IMG/VR virus record: IMGVR_UViG_3300025809_000016
DNA length: 20,000 nucleotides
Source: an uncultured virus (IMG/VR IMGVR_UViG_3300025809_000016)
Taxonomy: Duplodnaviria; Heunggongvirae; Uroviricota; Caudoviricetes
Strand: one strand, 5' to 3'
The notes beneath the pieces are model-generated. The model did not search any database and had not been told where the DNA came from. It was given only the letters and a program-made list of their open reading frames with translations. Of this stretch, positions 8,392-15,902 are shown piece after piece. The position numbers and the translations under genes are program-made. Position 1 is the first letter of the stretch. The number at the start of each line of letters is the position of its first letter.

Positions 8392-8952
8392 ATGTACAAT
8401 GAATCACAGCAGGTCGGACAACTTCTTACAGACAGCGCTATCATTATGCTGACAGACGGTTTTGAGCAGGACACTATTATGCCAATCGTGGCTAGAATAA
8501 TGGCTTACAACCTGATGCCTAAAGAGCTTCAGCCTGAGTTCATTACTATGGTTATTAACTCACCGGGTGGCTCTGCGCACTCTTGCTTCCACTTGATCGA
8601 CATTATGAAGACCTCTAAGATCCCAGTGCATACTGTTGCTATGGGTATTACAGCGTCTTGTGGTGTTCTTACTTTGATGGCAGGAGCGAAAGGTCACAGG
8701 TCTGTAACACAGAACACTTCTATCTTGAGTCATACTTGGTCTTGGGGCGCAAGTGGTACTTCATTCGCTCTGGAAGCTGCTAACGTTGAGTTTGAACTTA
8801 GCAACCAAAGGATGATGGCTCACTACAGGAAGTGTACTGGTAAGTCAGAGAAGTATATTACTAAACATCTGGTTGGCCCGACTGATAGTTGGTTGACTGG
8901 AGAAGAAGCAGTGAAACACGGATTAATTGACTTTGTAACGGAGACTTACTAA
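8392..8952 (+). CDS. clpP: ClpP-family (S14) protease
   Basis: INSPGG, MGITASCG (catalytic Ser), ILSH (His), DSWLTGEEAVKHGLID (Asp). Confidence 0.9.
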   Translation: MYNESQQVGQLLTDSAIIMLTDGFEQDTIMPIVARIMAYNLMPKELQPEFITMVINSPGGSAHSCFHLIDIMKTSKIPVHTVAMGITASCGVLTLMAGAKGHRSVTQNTSILSHTWSWGASGTSFALEAANVEFELSNQRMMAHYRKCTGKSEKYITKHLVGPTDSWLTGEEAVKHGLIDFVTETY

Positions 8953-8953
8953 T

Positions 8954-9160
8954 ATGGAAAATATGATTGAAGGTATTGAGTGCATTGGCGAATTTGATTC
9001 TCACACAGAAGGTTGTGTAATCACCTTAACAGATCAGACGATCTACATTTACCAGAACGAGTTCTTCCTGACATGTTGGGAGGAGGCGATTGAAGAACTG
9101 AAGATGGTGTTCAGGTTTGAAGATGGCGAACTACTCTCTCTTGACACACTAAGCTACTAA
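8954..9160 (+). CDS. Acidic hypothetical protein
   Basis: GGAG RBS; fills the gap between neighbours. Confidence 0.65.
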   Translation: MENMIEGIECIGEFDSHTEGCVITLTDQTIYIYQNEFFLTCWEEAIEELKMVFRFEDGELLSLDTLSY

Positions 9161-9169
9161 GGAACCTAA

Positions 9170-9721
9170 ATGACTAATGAATACGAAGACCCGAGTTTAT
9201 CATCGGATGCCCCCAGCATTGACCCTAATGCCACGGAGCCTAAAGCAGTAGAGGGTGCTCACGGAGGCAAACGCCCCGGTGCAGGTCGCCCTAAAGGAAG
9301 TAAGAACCAGTTCTCTAAGCACTCGGTAGATCGACTGAAAGAGCTTGAGTTCGACCCAATGGAAGCTATGGTAGATCTCTATCACGAGACAGCAACGATC
9401 ATTGCCGAGATGGAAGATGTCAACCACCCGAGACGGTATAGCGCACCCGCGTTAGCTGCCTTGATCATTAATAAACAGAAGGTTATCAACGACTTAATGC
9501 GATACGGCTACCGACACGTTCCTGAAAAGATCGAGGTAGAGGCTGTTGAGAAGCAACCGTTCCAGATCAACTTTACAGGCGTGACCCCTAAGGCCGCTGT
9601 TGTTATTGAGCAGTTGGACACAGTAGATGTTGAGCTCCAGCCTGCTAACTTTGACAGTGATGTTGGAGTAGTAGAAACTGTTGAAGACAACTCTGCCCCT
9701 GATGAAGATAAAGAAGACTAA
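9170..9721 (+). CDS. Putative terminase small subunit / AT-hook-like DNA-binding protein
   Basis: HGGKRPGAGRPKGSKN motif, then helical FDPMEAM core and acidic tail, as in many phage TerS-like proteins. No terL in the window. Confidence 0.5.
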   Translation: MTNEYEDPSLSSDAPSIDPNATEPKAVEGAHGGKRPGAGRPKGSKNQFSKHSVDRLKELEFDPMEAMVDLYHETATIIAEMEDVNHPRRYSAPALAALIINKQKVINDLMRYGYRHVPEKIEVEAVEKQPFQINFTGVTPKAAVVIEQLDTVDVELQPANFDSDVGVVETVEDNSAPDEDKED

Positions 9722-9780
9722 TAATTAGGCCGAAAGGCTTTTCCCTATTGATACACTAAACTAACTACGAGAATATAACT

Positions 9781-10116
9781 ATGAAAACTATTAACAAGCA
9801 AGTACAATCACAAACATCTTTCAACTTTGACCAGCGCACTATCTCTGATTTCAACTCTTCAGAACTCGCTCAGTTGGCGCATGACTATTTGTCGTTGATC
9901 GCTAATGGCAAGGGTGCCAGCTTTGGCGCAATTGCTGCGGGTCTTGGTATTAACTACCGAACTGAAAGTCGTGTCTACAAGCTCCTCTTTGCTGTATTAA
10001 GGAAGATGGGTGCAGATGGCAGGCTCGATATGTTCCGGTCTGAAATTGGTAATCGTACTATCTATATGTCTAATGGGAGCTACAACGCTAAGCCTGTTCA
10101 CTACTCAGCAACTTAA
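9781..10116 (+). CDS. Hypothetical protein, possible winged-helix DNA-binding domain
   Basis: GASFGAIAAGLGI...LFAVLRKMGADGRLD followed by a beta-hairpin-like segment. Confidence 0.55.
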   Translation: MKTINKQVQSQTSFNFDQRTISDFNSSELAQLAHDYLSLIANGKGASFGAIAAGLGINYRTESRVYKLLFAVLRKMGADGRLDMFRSEIGNRTIYMSNGSYNAKPVHYSAT

Positions 10117-10130
10117 AGGAACCAAACACT

Positions 10131-10406
10131 ATGATCAATGAACACCCCTACTTTAGTGAAGAATACCTCGCAGCAGCAGCTTTAGCAGCTCAGATCAGGA
10201 TGGATACAGAGGCCTTGACATATGCTAAGAACGCTGCTATCGTGGACAAGAATGCAACCTTGCGCTTTATAGCGTATAACACACACAACGTAGGGAAAGC
10301 CGTGTACAACAAAGTATTAGCGGAGTATGAAGCAGCAGAGACTAAGTCTTCTAACGCTTATATGGCAGCTAAGATGACTGCCTTCAATCGATTATTAGGA
10401 GAGTAA
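10131..10406 (+). CDS. Ala-rich helical hypothetical protein
   Basis: AAGGA RBS. Confidence 0.7.
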   Translation: MINEHPYFSEEYLAAAALAAQIRMDTEALTYAKNAAIVDKNATLRFIAYNTHNVGKAVYNKVLAEYEAAETKSSNAYMAAKMTAFNRLLGE

Positions 10407-11084
10407 ATGTATTTCATATCAGCACCTTTCGGAAACTATATAAAGACGAAAAGCACTATCAGTGTTACAGGTAGCTGGACTCTTGAGCCTCGTCCGGGAT
10501 TAGTAAAGCAAGTCGTGAAGACCTTACGCTATACTAAGACTGGATGGAGGAACAAGATTGGCTTACGTAACAAAGGTATTGACTACGCTGTAGCAAGACA
10601 CAAACGAGGAGATGTGATGAGCCTCGCAGCAGGAGAAGATTGGCTAGGCCTGTATGAGAAGGTAAGCCCTTATGCCAGTGTGGAGATTAATATCAGCTGT
10701 CCTAATTTGGATAAGCAGGTAGGTCAACTGGTGGAGGGTTATGATCTCTGGCCTAAGACAGATCGTGAGTGGTGTATAGCTAAGATCTCACCGTTGGCAG
10801 ATGAGGCCCTCGTTGATCAGTTGGTATACGCAGGCTATACGACTATCCACGCAAGCAACACACTACCTTCTGATAAAGGAGGTCTAAGTGGTAAGCTGCT
10901 GGTACCGTATACTATGAGGCTATTAGACTACATTAATAAGAACCATCCCCACGTAGAGGTCATAGCTGGCGGCGGTGTCACTTGTGAGCAGGATGCAGAG
11001 GACTATATGAACGCAGGTGCGGATCATGTCAGCCTTGGTACTGTTTGCTTTACCCCTTGGAAGATAAAAGGAATAGTAGGATGA
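10407..11084 (+). CDS. pyrD: Dihydroorotate dehydrogenase-like FMN oxidoreductase (minimal, 225 aa)
   Basis: NKIGLRNKG, EINISCPN (class 1 catalytic Cys), AKISP, SNT, GGLSG, IAGGGV, AGADHVSLGT. AGGAG RBS. Confidence 0.82.
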   Translation: MYFISAPFGNYIKTKSTISVTGSWTLEPRPGLVKQVVKTLRYTKTGWRNKIGLRNKGIDYAVARHKRGDVMSLAAGEDWLGLYEKVSPYASVEINISCPNLDKQVGQLVEGYDLWPKTDREWCIAKISPLADEALVDQLVYAGYTTIHASNTLPSDKGGLSGKLLVPYTMRLLDYINKNHPHVEVIAGGGVTCEQDAEDYMNAGADHVSLGTVCFTPWKIKGIVG

Positions 11085-11194
11085 TGCACTTAATAGCAGT
11101 AGCGGCCTTTAACCTGTTGGTTATCGTCGCAGTAATCGGGGTTGTAATAGGCCCTTTCTATGCACGTAAACTTTACAAGGAGAAACAACTATGA
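11081..11194 (+). CDS. 37-aa single-pass membrane protein
   Basis: MMHLIAVAAFNLLVIVAVIGVVIGPFYARKLYKEKQL*. ATGA overlap with pyrD, AAGGA RBS. Confidence 0.6.
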   Translation: MMHLIAVAAFNLLVIVAVIGVVIGPFYARKLYKEKQL

Positions 11195-11289
11195 TAATGT
11201 TGATACTACATGTTGTAGCAATTTGTACTATGCCAGCAGCGTTATTCGTAACGATACCGCTTCACATACTGATAGTGTCTGTCTCTTGA
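11191..11289 (+). CDS. 32-aa hydrophobic peptide
   Basis: MIMLILHVVAICTMPAALFVTIPLHILIVSVS*. AAGGAG RBS and ATGA overlap. Confidence 0.6.
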   Translation: MIMLILHVVAICTMPAALFVTIPLHILIVSVS

Positions 11290-11417
11290 GACTCTTAGTG
11301 GCAGTAGTGTTAGTGTTGCTAGTGGGCTGCGCATCACCCTCTCCCTTTGTATTAGGGGAAGAGGTTCAACCACCAACAGGCTGTAGAGAAGGCCGAGAAC
11401 GAGGAGTAGACTGTTGA
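11286..11417 (+). CDS. Small lipoprotein (43 aa)
   Basis: TTG start overlapping the previous TGA. MRLLVAVVLVLLVG-C lipobox; mature part ASPSPFVLGEEVQPPTGCREGRERGVDC. Confidence 0.65.
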   Translation: MRLLVAVVLVLLVGCASPSPFVLGEEVQPPTGCREGRERGVDC

Positions 11418-11809
11418 GTAATGTAAGTAAGAAGCTACTACAGAAGATCTTGAGGAATGTACATTTCAGGTTTGACTACACCTATGACGATGACCAGTAT
11501 GGCGGTGAGCACTGGCCCGATGTGGATATGCTAGGCGGTATTCCTACTGGTCGAGATGAGTTCAAGGATGACTGTGATGGTTTCGCCTTGATGTGTCGTG
11601 CTAAGTGCAGGGAAGAGGGTATACGTAGTAGGTTGGTATTCTGTAGGACTAGTAACGGAACAGGACATTTGATCTTAGAGGTCGATGGCTATTTGTTAAA
11701 TAACATACACAAGTGGGTTATGACTGCTGATCAGTTGCCTGACTGGGAGTTCATTAGTATTAGCGGATTCGAAACAGGAGACCCTTGGCATAGAATTGTA
11801 ATGGATTAA
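11414..11809 (+). CDS. Transglutaminase-like cysteine peptidase (C93/BTLCP-like) catalytic domain
   Basis: Y..DDDQYG.EHW, DDCDGFA (Cys), GTGHLILEVDG (His), LLNN. GAGGAG RBS before TTG. Confidence 0.78.
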   Translation: MSNVSKKLLQKILRNVHFRFDYTYDDDQYGGEHWPDVDMLGGIPTGRDEFKDDCDGFALMCRAKCREEGIRSRLVFCRTSNGTGHLILEVDGYLLNNIHKWVMTADQLPDWEFISISGFETGDPWHRIVMD

Positions 11810-11865
11810 ACTATAAGAGATAGGACATGGACGAGCATATAATGAACCAATACAAGGACTAGTTA

Positions 11866-12294
11866 ATGTATACATACAAAGTAGAGATAGTAAGAGTAGT
11901 AGACGGAGATACAGTCAGGGTCGATATTGACCTCGGCTTCGATATGTGGATGAGGGATGTATCTGTACGCTTAGAAGGTATAGACACTCCGGAATCCAGA
12001 ACTAGTGATCCAAAGGAGAAGTATTACGGTCAACTGGCTAAAGAAGCACTGGAGGACATCATGGACAATCGTGAGATCTTCTTGAACGTCTCTGGAACTG
12101 GTAAAGATAAGTATGGTCGTATCTTAGGATACTTCTTGTATAAGTCTGACGATGTAAACGCTAATAGCATTAATGCACACTTGGTAGAGATGCACCACGC
12201 TGTCTCTTATTACGGACAGAACAAAAACACTATCAGGGCATCTCATATGCTTAACAGACGAAAGCTAGAAGAAGCGGGGTATGAAGGATGTTAG
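11866..12294 (+). CDS. Thermonuclease (staphylococcal nuclease-like)
   Basis: RVVDGDT, RLEGIDTPE, DKYGRILG. Confidence 0.92.
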   Translation: MYTYKVEIVRVVDGDTVRVDIDLGFDMWMRDVSVRLEGIDTPESRTSDPKEKYYGQLAKEALEDIMDNREIFLNVSGTGKDKYGRILGYFLYKSDDVNANSINAHLVEMHHAVSYYGQNKNTIRASHMLNRRKLEEAGYEGC

Positions 12295-12383
12295 CAGATA
12301 TCGGGATGTTAGTCTTGGCAGTAGTGGTTTTGCTGGTAAACTTATACGTGGTAAAGGTAGCTATATTTGATGAAGATGAATGA
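12288..12383 (+). CDS. 31-aa single-pass membrane protein
   Basis: MLADIGMLVLAVVVLLVNLYVVKVAIFDEDE*, overlapping the nuclease stop. Confidence 0.5.
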   Translation: MLADIGMLVLAVVVLLVNLYVVKVAIFDEDE

Positions 12384-12480
12384 AGAAGATTCGGGATACG
12401 AGTTTACAATAACTATAATCGTTTACACTTGTACAGCATTGGGCTTTATTGCAGGGCTGTTAATAGGAGGAACACAATGA
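12376..12480 (+). CDS. 34-aa single-pass membrane protein
   Basis: MNEEDSGYEFTITIIVYTCTALGFIAGLLIGGTQ*, with ATGA overlap into the next gene. Confidence 0.5.
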   Translation: MNEEDSGYEFTITIIVYTCTALGFIAGLLIGGTQ

Positions 12481-12641
12481 GCAAGGATAGAGTAAAGGAC
12501 ATGAATGATCTACGAGTAAGGATCCAGAAGATGAAGAAGTGGTTTAACGATAATAAGGAGTTCATCGTTGACATCGCTAAGTCTGTTGTGCGAATCATCA
12601 AACAAAAATACAACGAAAGGAAAAACAAGAATGCTAAGTGA
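12477..12641 (+). CDS. Small basic hypothetical protein
   Basis: AGGAGG RBS before ATG 12477 (MSKDRVKDM...). Confidence 0.7.
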   Translation: MSKDRVKDMNDLRVRIQKMKKWFNDNKEFIVDIAKSVVRIIKQKYNERKNKNAK

Positions 12642-12909
12642 TTGTAACATTTACCAGATATCTCAGAGTGTTAATAATGACATCGGTGCCATTGTTGAAG
12701 CTCGGGTGATCGCTCGATCTTCTTATGAAGCAGCTACTCTCCATCCACGTGGTGGGACAGCTGTGTTAAGAAGGGAACAGTGGAGACGTTATGCTTCTGA
12801 TGATCAATGGTGTGCTGTTCAAGACGTCTCAGTGAGGCTTGTGGGTATCGCTTGTTCTAGTGCTAAAGCTGGTAAGGTTATTATGATTGCTAAGGGTAGA
12901 GGAGTATGA
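12631..12909 (+). CDS. Hypothetical protein
   Basis: AAGGA RBS before ATG 12631 (MLSDCNIYQISQ...). Confidence 0.7.
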   Translation: MLSDCNIYQISQSVNNDIGAIVEARVIARSSYEAATLHPRGGTAVLRREQWRRYASDDQWCAVQDVSVRLVGIACSSAKAGKVIMIAKGRGV

Positions 12910-13208
12910 CAGAAGAAGAGAAGGCTAAAGCCAGAGACGAGAAGAATATGGACATCGTGATCAGGTTTGCCAATGATATGCACAGTGTCTCTTTTGATGA
13001 GCTCTATATGGCAGACAGAGAGGCCAACTATGAGTTACGCAATCAGAAGGTCAGGCACAGTTATTTCTGCGCTATGAAGGCAGTAGGTAATACTACTCAG
13101 GAGATAGTAGATAGCTGTGAGATAGACTTGCTCAAGGCTGAAGGAGTCAAGGGAGCAGTGACCACTATGCTAAAGGTTAAACATCAATACACACAAGAGG
13201 AAGTATAA
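12906..13208 (+). CDS. Hypothetical protein
   Basis: GAGGAG RBS and ATGA overlap. Confidence 0.75.
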   Translation: MTEEEKAKARDEKNMDIVIRFANDMHSVSFDELYMADREANYELRNQKVRHSYFCAMKAVGNTTQEIVDSCEIDLLKAEGVKGAVTTMLKVKHQYTQEEV

Positions 13209-13483
13209 TGAGCTGGGACTTAGTATTAGATTTTGCAGAAGATGAAAGTAAGATCACTGTAACACAACTGGCGAGATGTCTTGCTAAGTCTGAGGAGGAT
13301 TTAGAATACGCTAGGGAGATGATGGATCTAGTCAAGAACAAACGTGGTGAGTTCAGCAACAGTGTCTATATAGAGGCCTGTAGGGTTCATCGTGATCTTT
13401 ATAGGTTAGTCGCATCGTTAGGGATTATGCTCGAGCACAAACAACTAGTAGATGACTATGATGCTAAAGGTGAAGATAGTTAG
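13208..13483 (+). CDS. Hypothetical protein
   Basis: GAGGA RBS and TAATG overlap; last gene before the non-coding block. Confidence 0.75.
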   Translation: MSWDLVLDFAEDESKITVTQLARCLAKSEEDLEYAREMMDLVKNKRGEFSNSVYIEACRVHRDLYRLVASLGIMLEHKQLVDDYDAKGEDS

Positions 13484-13496
13484 GTAACGTAAATAT

Positions 13497-13567
13497 GCCC
13501 CACACAACACTATCTTTGCCTAATGGCATTGATGGTGTTGTGTGGGGCCTTTAACGCTTTTTTTTTT
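13497..13567 (+). terminator. Long hairpin plus T10 tract closing the left gene array
   Basis: GCCCCACACAACACTATC (13497-13514) pairs with GATGGTGTTGTGTGGGGC (13531-13548; one G-U). Inner TGCC-TAAT-GGCA, then CTTTAACGC and ten Ts. Confidence 0.75.
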
Positions 13568-13607
13568 GGTATAGTATAAGGTCAGTGTTTAGTCATTATG
13601 CTAACCT

Positions 13608-13727
13608 AAAAACCCAAAAGTAGAGAGTAGAAATCCAAAACTAGATATTTGAAAATCCAAAACTAGATATCCAAAAACTCAAAAGTAGAGAGTGGAAAAT
13701 GATATCTAGATATTTGAAAATCCAAAA
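13608..13727. repeat. Interleaved A-tract direct repeats
   Basis: CTAGATATTTGAAAATCCAAAA perfect at 13641 and 13706; AAATCCAAAACTAGATAT at 13631 and 13653; CAAAAGTAGAGAGT at 13615 and 13680. Confidence 0.9.
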
Positions 13728-13989
13728 TAAACACATAATCATTACTAAAATACCCAGAAGGGCTATGACATCTCATTACAATCTATTCTGTATTTATTAC
13801 CAAACTATACACAATCTTAACACAATCTATCTCTATTTCTCTTAGGAAAATCACTCCATCCTTAATGAAACCATTAACATAATCCCCTCATCCTTAACAC
13901 CCTACATACCATAATCATACCATATTATGTTTAAGGTTATGTTATAGTTATGTGTTAAGGTTAGGTTATAGGGGATGATTAAAGACAAT

Positions 13990-14118
13990 ATAGATGAGGC
14001 ATTAAGGACATTAAGGCCATTAATGAGGGGGTTATATGGCATACATGGGCATAGGTGGGTATAGATGGCATAGATGGCATAGATGAGGCATTAATGGGCA
14101 TTAATGGCATTAATAGCC
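13990..14118. repeat. Degenerate 9-11 bp tandem repeat array
   Basis: Units ATAGATGAGGC, ATTAAGGAC, ATTAAGGCC, ATACATGGGC, ATAGATGGC x2, ATAGATGAGGC, ATTAATGGGC, ATTAATGGC. Confidence 0.85.
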
Positions 14119-14143
14119 CTAAGTCACTTGAACCAAGAATTTA

Positions 14144-14160
14144 TTCTATAGAGTGATCAA
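14144..14160 (-). promoter_or_regulatory. Phage-specific promoter-like motif, copy 2 (antisense)
   Basis: Reverse complement reads TTGATCACTCTATAGAA. Confidence 0.65.
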
Positions 14161-14649
14161 TCGTATCTCTATGAAATGTAAGGTGTTTGTTTAGGGATAA
14201 ATACTAAGAAATCTGGGAAATGGTTAGTAAAGACTTATCATAATCACATAGGACATGGGGGAATCTAATCCATAAGTTACAGATTTGATGGGTCTAGATA
14301 GGTGGGAGCATTAGGGACATTCTTGGGCATTCGTGGTCATTGGTGCCACTTTGTTTATCCTCTCCAAAATCTGAGAAGAACAGATCACTATCTAATCGCG
14401 TGCGAAAAGTGATTATTATGCCTATAAGGGATTTTATCAAGTCGTTCCCACAAAGCCACGTATAACCACGGATGCTCTTTTTATGGTACACTCTTTCATC
14501 TATGACCAACAGTATCACATACACCACATCTGCCCCACCCATACACTAAGGATCATCGATGCCACCATTGCCCAGAGGTGGCCACTATGGAGCACTCATG
14601 AACACTAATGCTATCGATGCGGGGTATATTCGTGTGGATGAGAGAATAG

Positions 14650-14724
14650 GGAGCATAGGTGAGCATAGATAATTTACGAGGGATTGGTGGCATTGGTGGA
14701 CATAGGTGGTATTGGTGGCAGGGG
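14650..14724. repeat. Short G-rich repeat array
   Basis: GAGCATAG x2, then ATTGGTGG / ATAGGTGG x4. Confidence 0.7.
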
Positions 14725-14893
14725 TGAAGTTAGGCAAGTGTAGTCTCGATGCCCCCCATTGGGCCCTTTTCAAAAATGGATACCTGATCCATCTTGTGTG
14801 CAAAAAAATCGATTTTGAGAGAGGACTTTTTTCACGAGATTTTATCACTGAGAATGTGGCGATAAACCTTATAATACATAACAGTATGTTGAT

Positions 14894-14917
14894 CGATCAC
14901 TCTAAAGAACAACCAAC
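14894..14917 (+). promoter_or_regulatory. Phage-specific promoter-like motif, copy 3
   Basis: CGATCACTCTAAAGAACAACCAAC, upstream of the AGGAGG RBS of the GIY-YIG gene. Confidence 0.7.
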
Positions 14918-14952
14918 CCCTAAACTCACTCGCCCCACCAAGGAGGCCACTA

Positions 14953-15732
14953 ATGACAACTATGCCACAAGAAACACACATGCTCTATCGCTGGTCTCGC
15001 TCTACGGGAGAATACTACATCGGTATCCACTCAGGAACCAACCCTGACACTGATGGCTATATTGGCTCTGGTGTTTTGTTTTTGAAGAAGTTCGATAACA
15101 CTCCGAGAGAACAATGGACAAGAGAAGTTATCTTCTTTGCTACCAGAGAGCTTGCAGAGAACATAGAAGCGTTCATCGTTGATGAAGATACCCTTGATGA
15201 CCCTCTGTGCCTCAACCTTGTCATCGGTGGTGGTAAAGGTTCAAAAGGAATGAAGGTGTCTGATGAAACCAAGGCAAAGATAGGCGCAGCTCAATTGGGC
15301 AGGAAGCGCTCTGCTGAAACCAAGGCGAAGATGTCTGCTGCTATTAAAGGTAAAACCTTGGGCAGGAAGCACACTGATGAAGCCAAGGCAAAGATGTCTA
15401 TTGCTAACAAAGGTGCTAATAACTCATTCTACGGCAAAACACACACTGATGAAACCAAGGCCAAGATATCCGCTGTTAAGAAAAGCCAGAATAAGAAGAT
15501 GCCTGATGAACAGAAAGCGAGGCTATACGCTATCCACAAGGGCAGCAAGCAAACGGAAGAAACTAAAGCTAAGATAGGCGCAGCTCACAAAGGTAGCAAG
15601 CGTACAGAAGAAGCTAAAGCCAAAATGAAAGCAGCAGCAGCCCTCAGATACCCTTGTGCTCACTGTGATGCTATGATGAGCGCATCTAAGATCGCCGTTC
15701 ACCACAACGACAAATGTAAACACAAACCCTAA
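14953..15732 (+). CDS. Free-standing GIY-YIG (Seg-like) homing endonuclease with NUMOD3 repeats
   Basis: LYRW...YYIGIH...DGYIGSG...REVI...E...CLNL..GG nuclease domain; about 7 (H/R)(T/S)xExKAK(M/I) repeats; C-terminal CAHC...HHNDKC. AGGAGG RBS. Confidence 0.88.
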   Translation: MTTMPQETHMLYRWSRSTGEYYIGIHSGTNPDTDGYIGSGVLFLKKFDNTPREQWTREVIFFATRELAENIEAFIVDEDTLDDPLCLNLVIGGGKGSKGMKVSDETKAKIGAAQLGRKRSAETKAKMSAAIKGKTLGRKHTDEAKAKMSIANKGANNSFYGKTHTDETKAKISAVKKSQNKKMPDEQKARLYAIHKGSKQTEETKAKIGAAHKGSKRTEEAKAKMKAAAALRYPCAHCDAMMSASKIAVHHNDKCKHKP

Positions 15733-15761
15733 ACTATAACCCACCCTTAAGAGACCCCAAG

Positions 15762-15902
15762 ATGATCACCCTACTATCTAGCTTAATGCTAGCAACCATA
15801 ATATTCGTGAGCTCAGTACTAAACACAGAACAACCACAACCGGGGCGCGTACCATCGTTCTTCACTAAGATCCAAGATACCAAGGAACAAGATGATGGCT
15901 AA
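15762..15902 (+). CDS. Possible 46-aa membrane/secreted peptide
   Basis: MITLLSSLMLATIIFVSSVLNTEQPQPG...DDG*. Fills the gap but has only a weak RBS. Confidence 0.35.
   Translation: MITLLSSLMLATIIFVSSVLNTEQPQPGRVPSFFTKIQDTKEQDDG

Noticed and set aside
9698..9745. Hammerhead ribozyme (CTGATGA ... GGCCGAAAGGC)
   Set aside because: CTGATGA is coding (Pro-Asp-Glu) and not adjacent to the stem, and no GAAA core follows it. The GAAA-loop hairpin is at most a weak terminator.
11160..11285. 5' extension of the 85-aa ORF 11160-11417
   Set aside because: It overlaps two better-supported small ORFs, and the lipoprotein signal only makes sense from TTG 11286.
13608..14118. CRISPR array
   Set aside because: Repeats are short, degenerate or abutting, with no unique constant-length spacers and no cas genes.
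14841..14875. Host sigma70 promoter (CTGAGA-16-TATAAT) overlapping a TTTATCAC/GCGATAAA inverted repeat
   Set aside because: The -10 is perfect but the -35 is weak in AT-rich DNA. Plausible, but not supportable from sequence alone.
14294..15047. ORFs 14294-14542(-), 14585-14848(-) and 14706-15047(+)
   Set aside because: They run through repeat and palindrome DNA, lack convincing RBSs and have implausible composition; the region is treated as non-coding.
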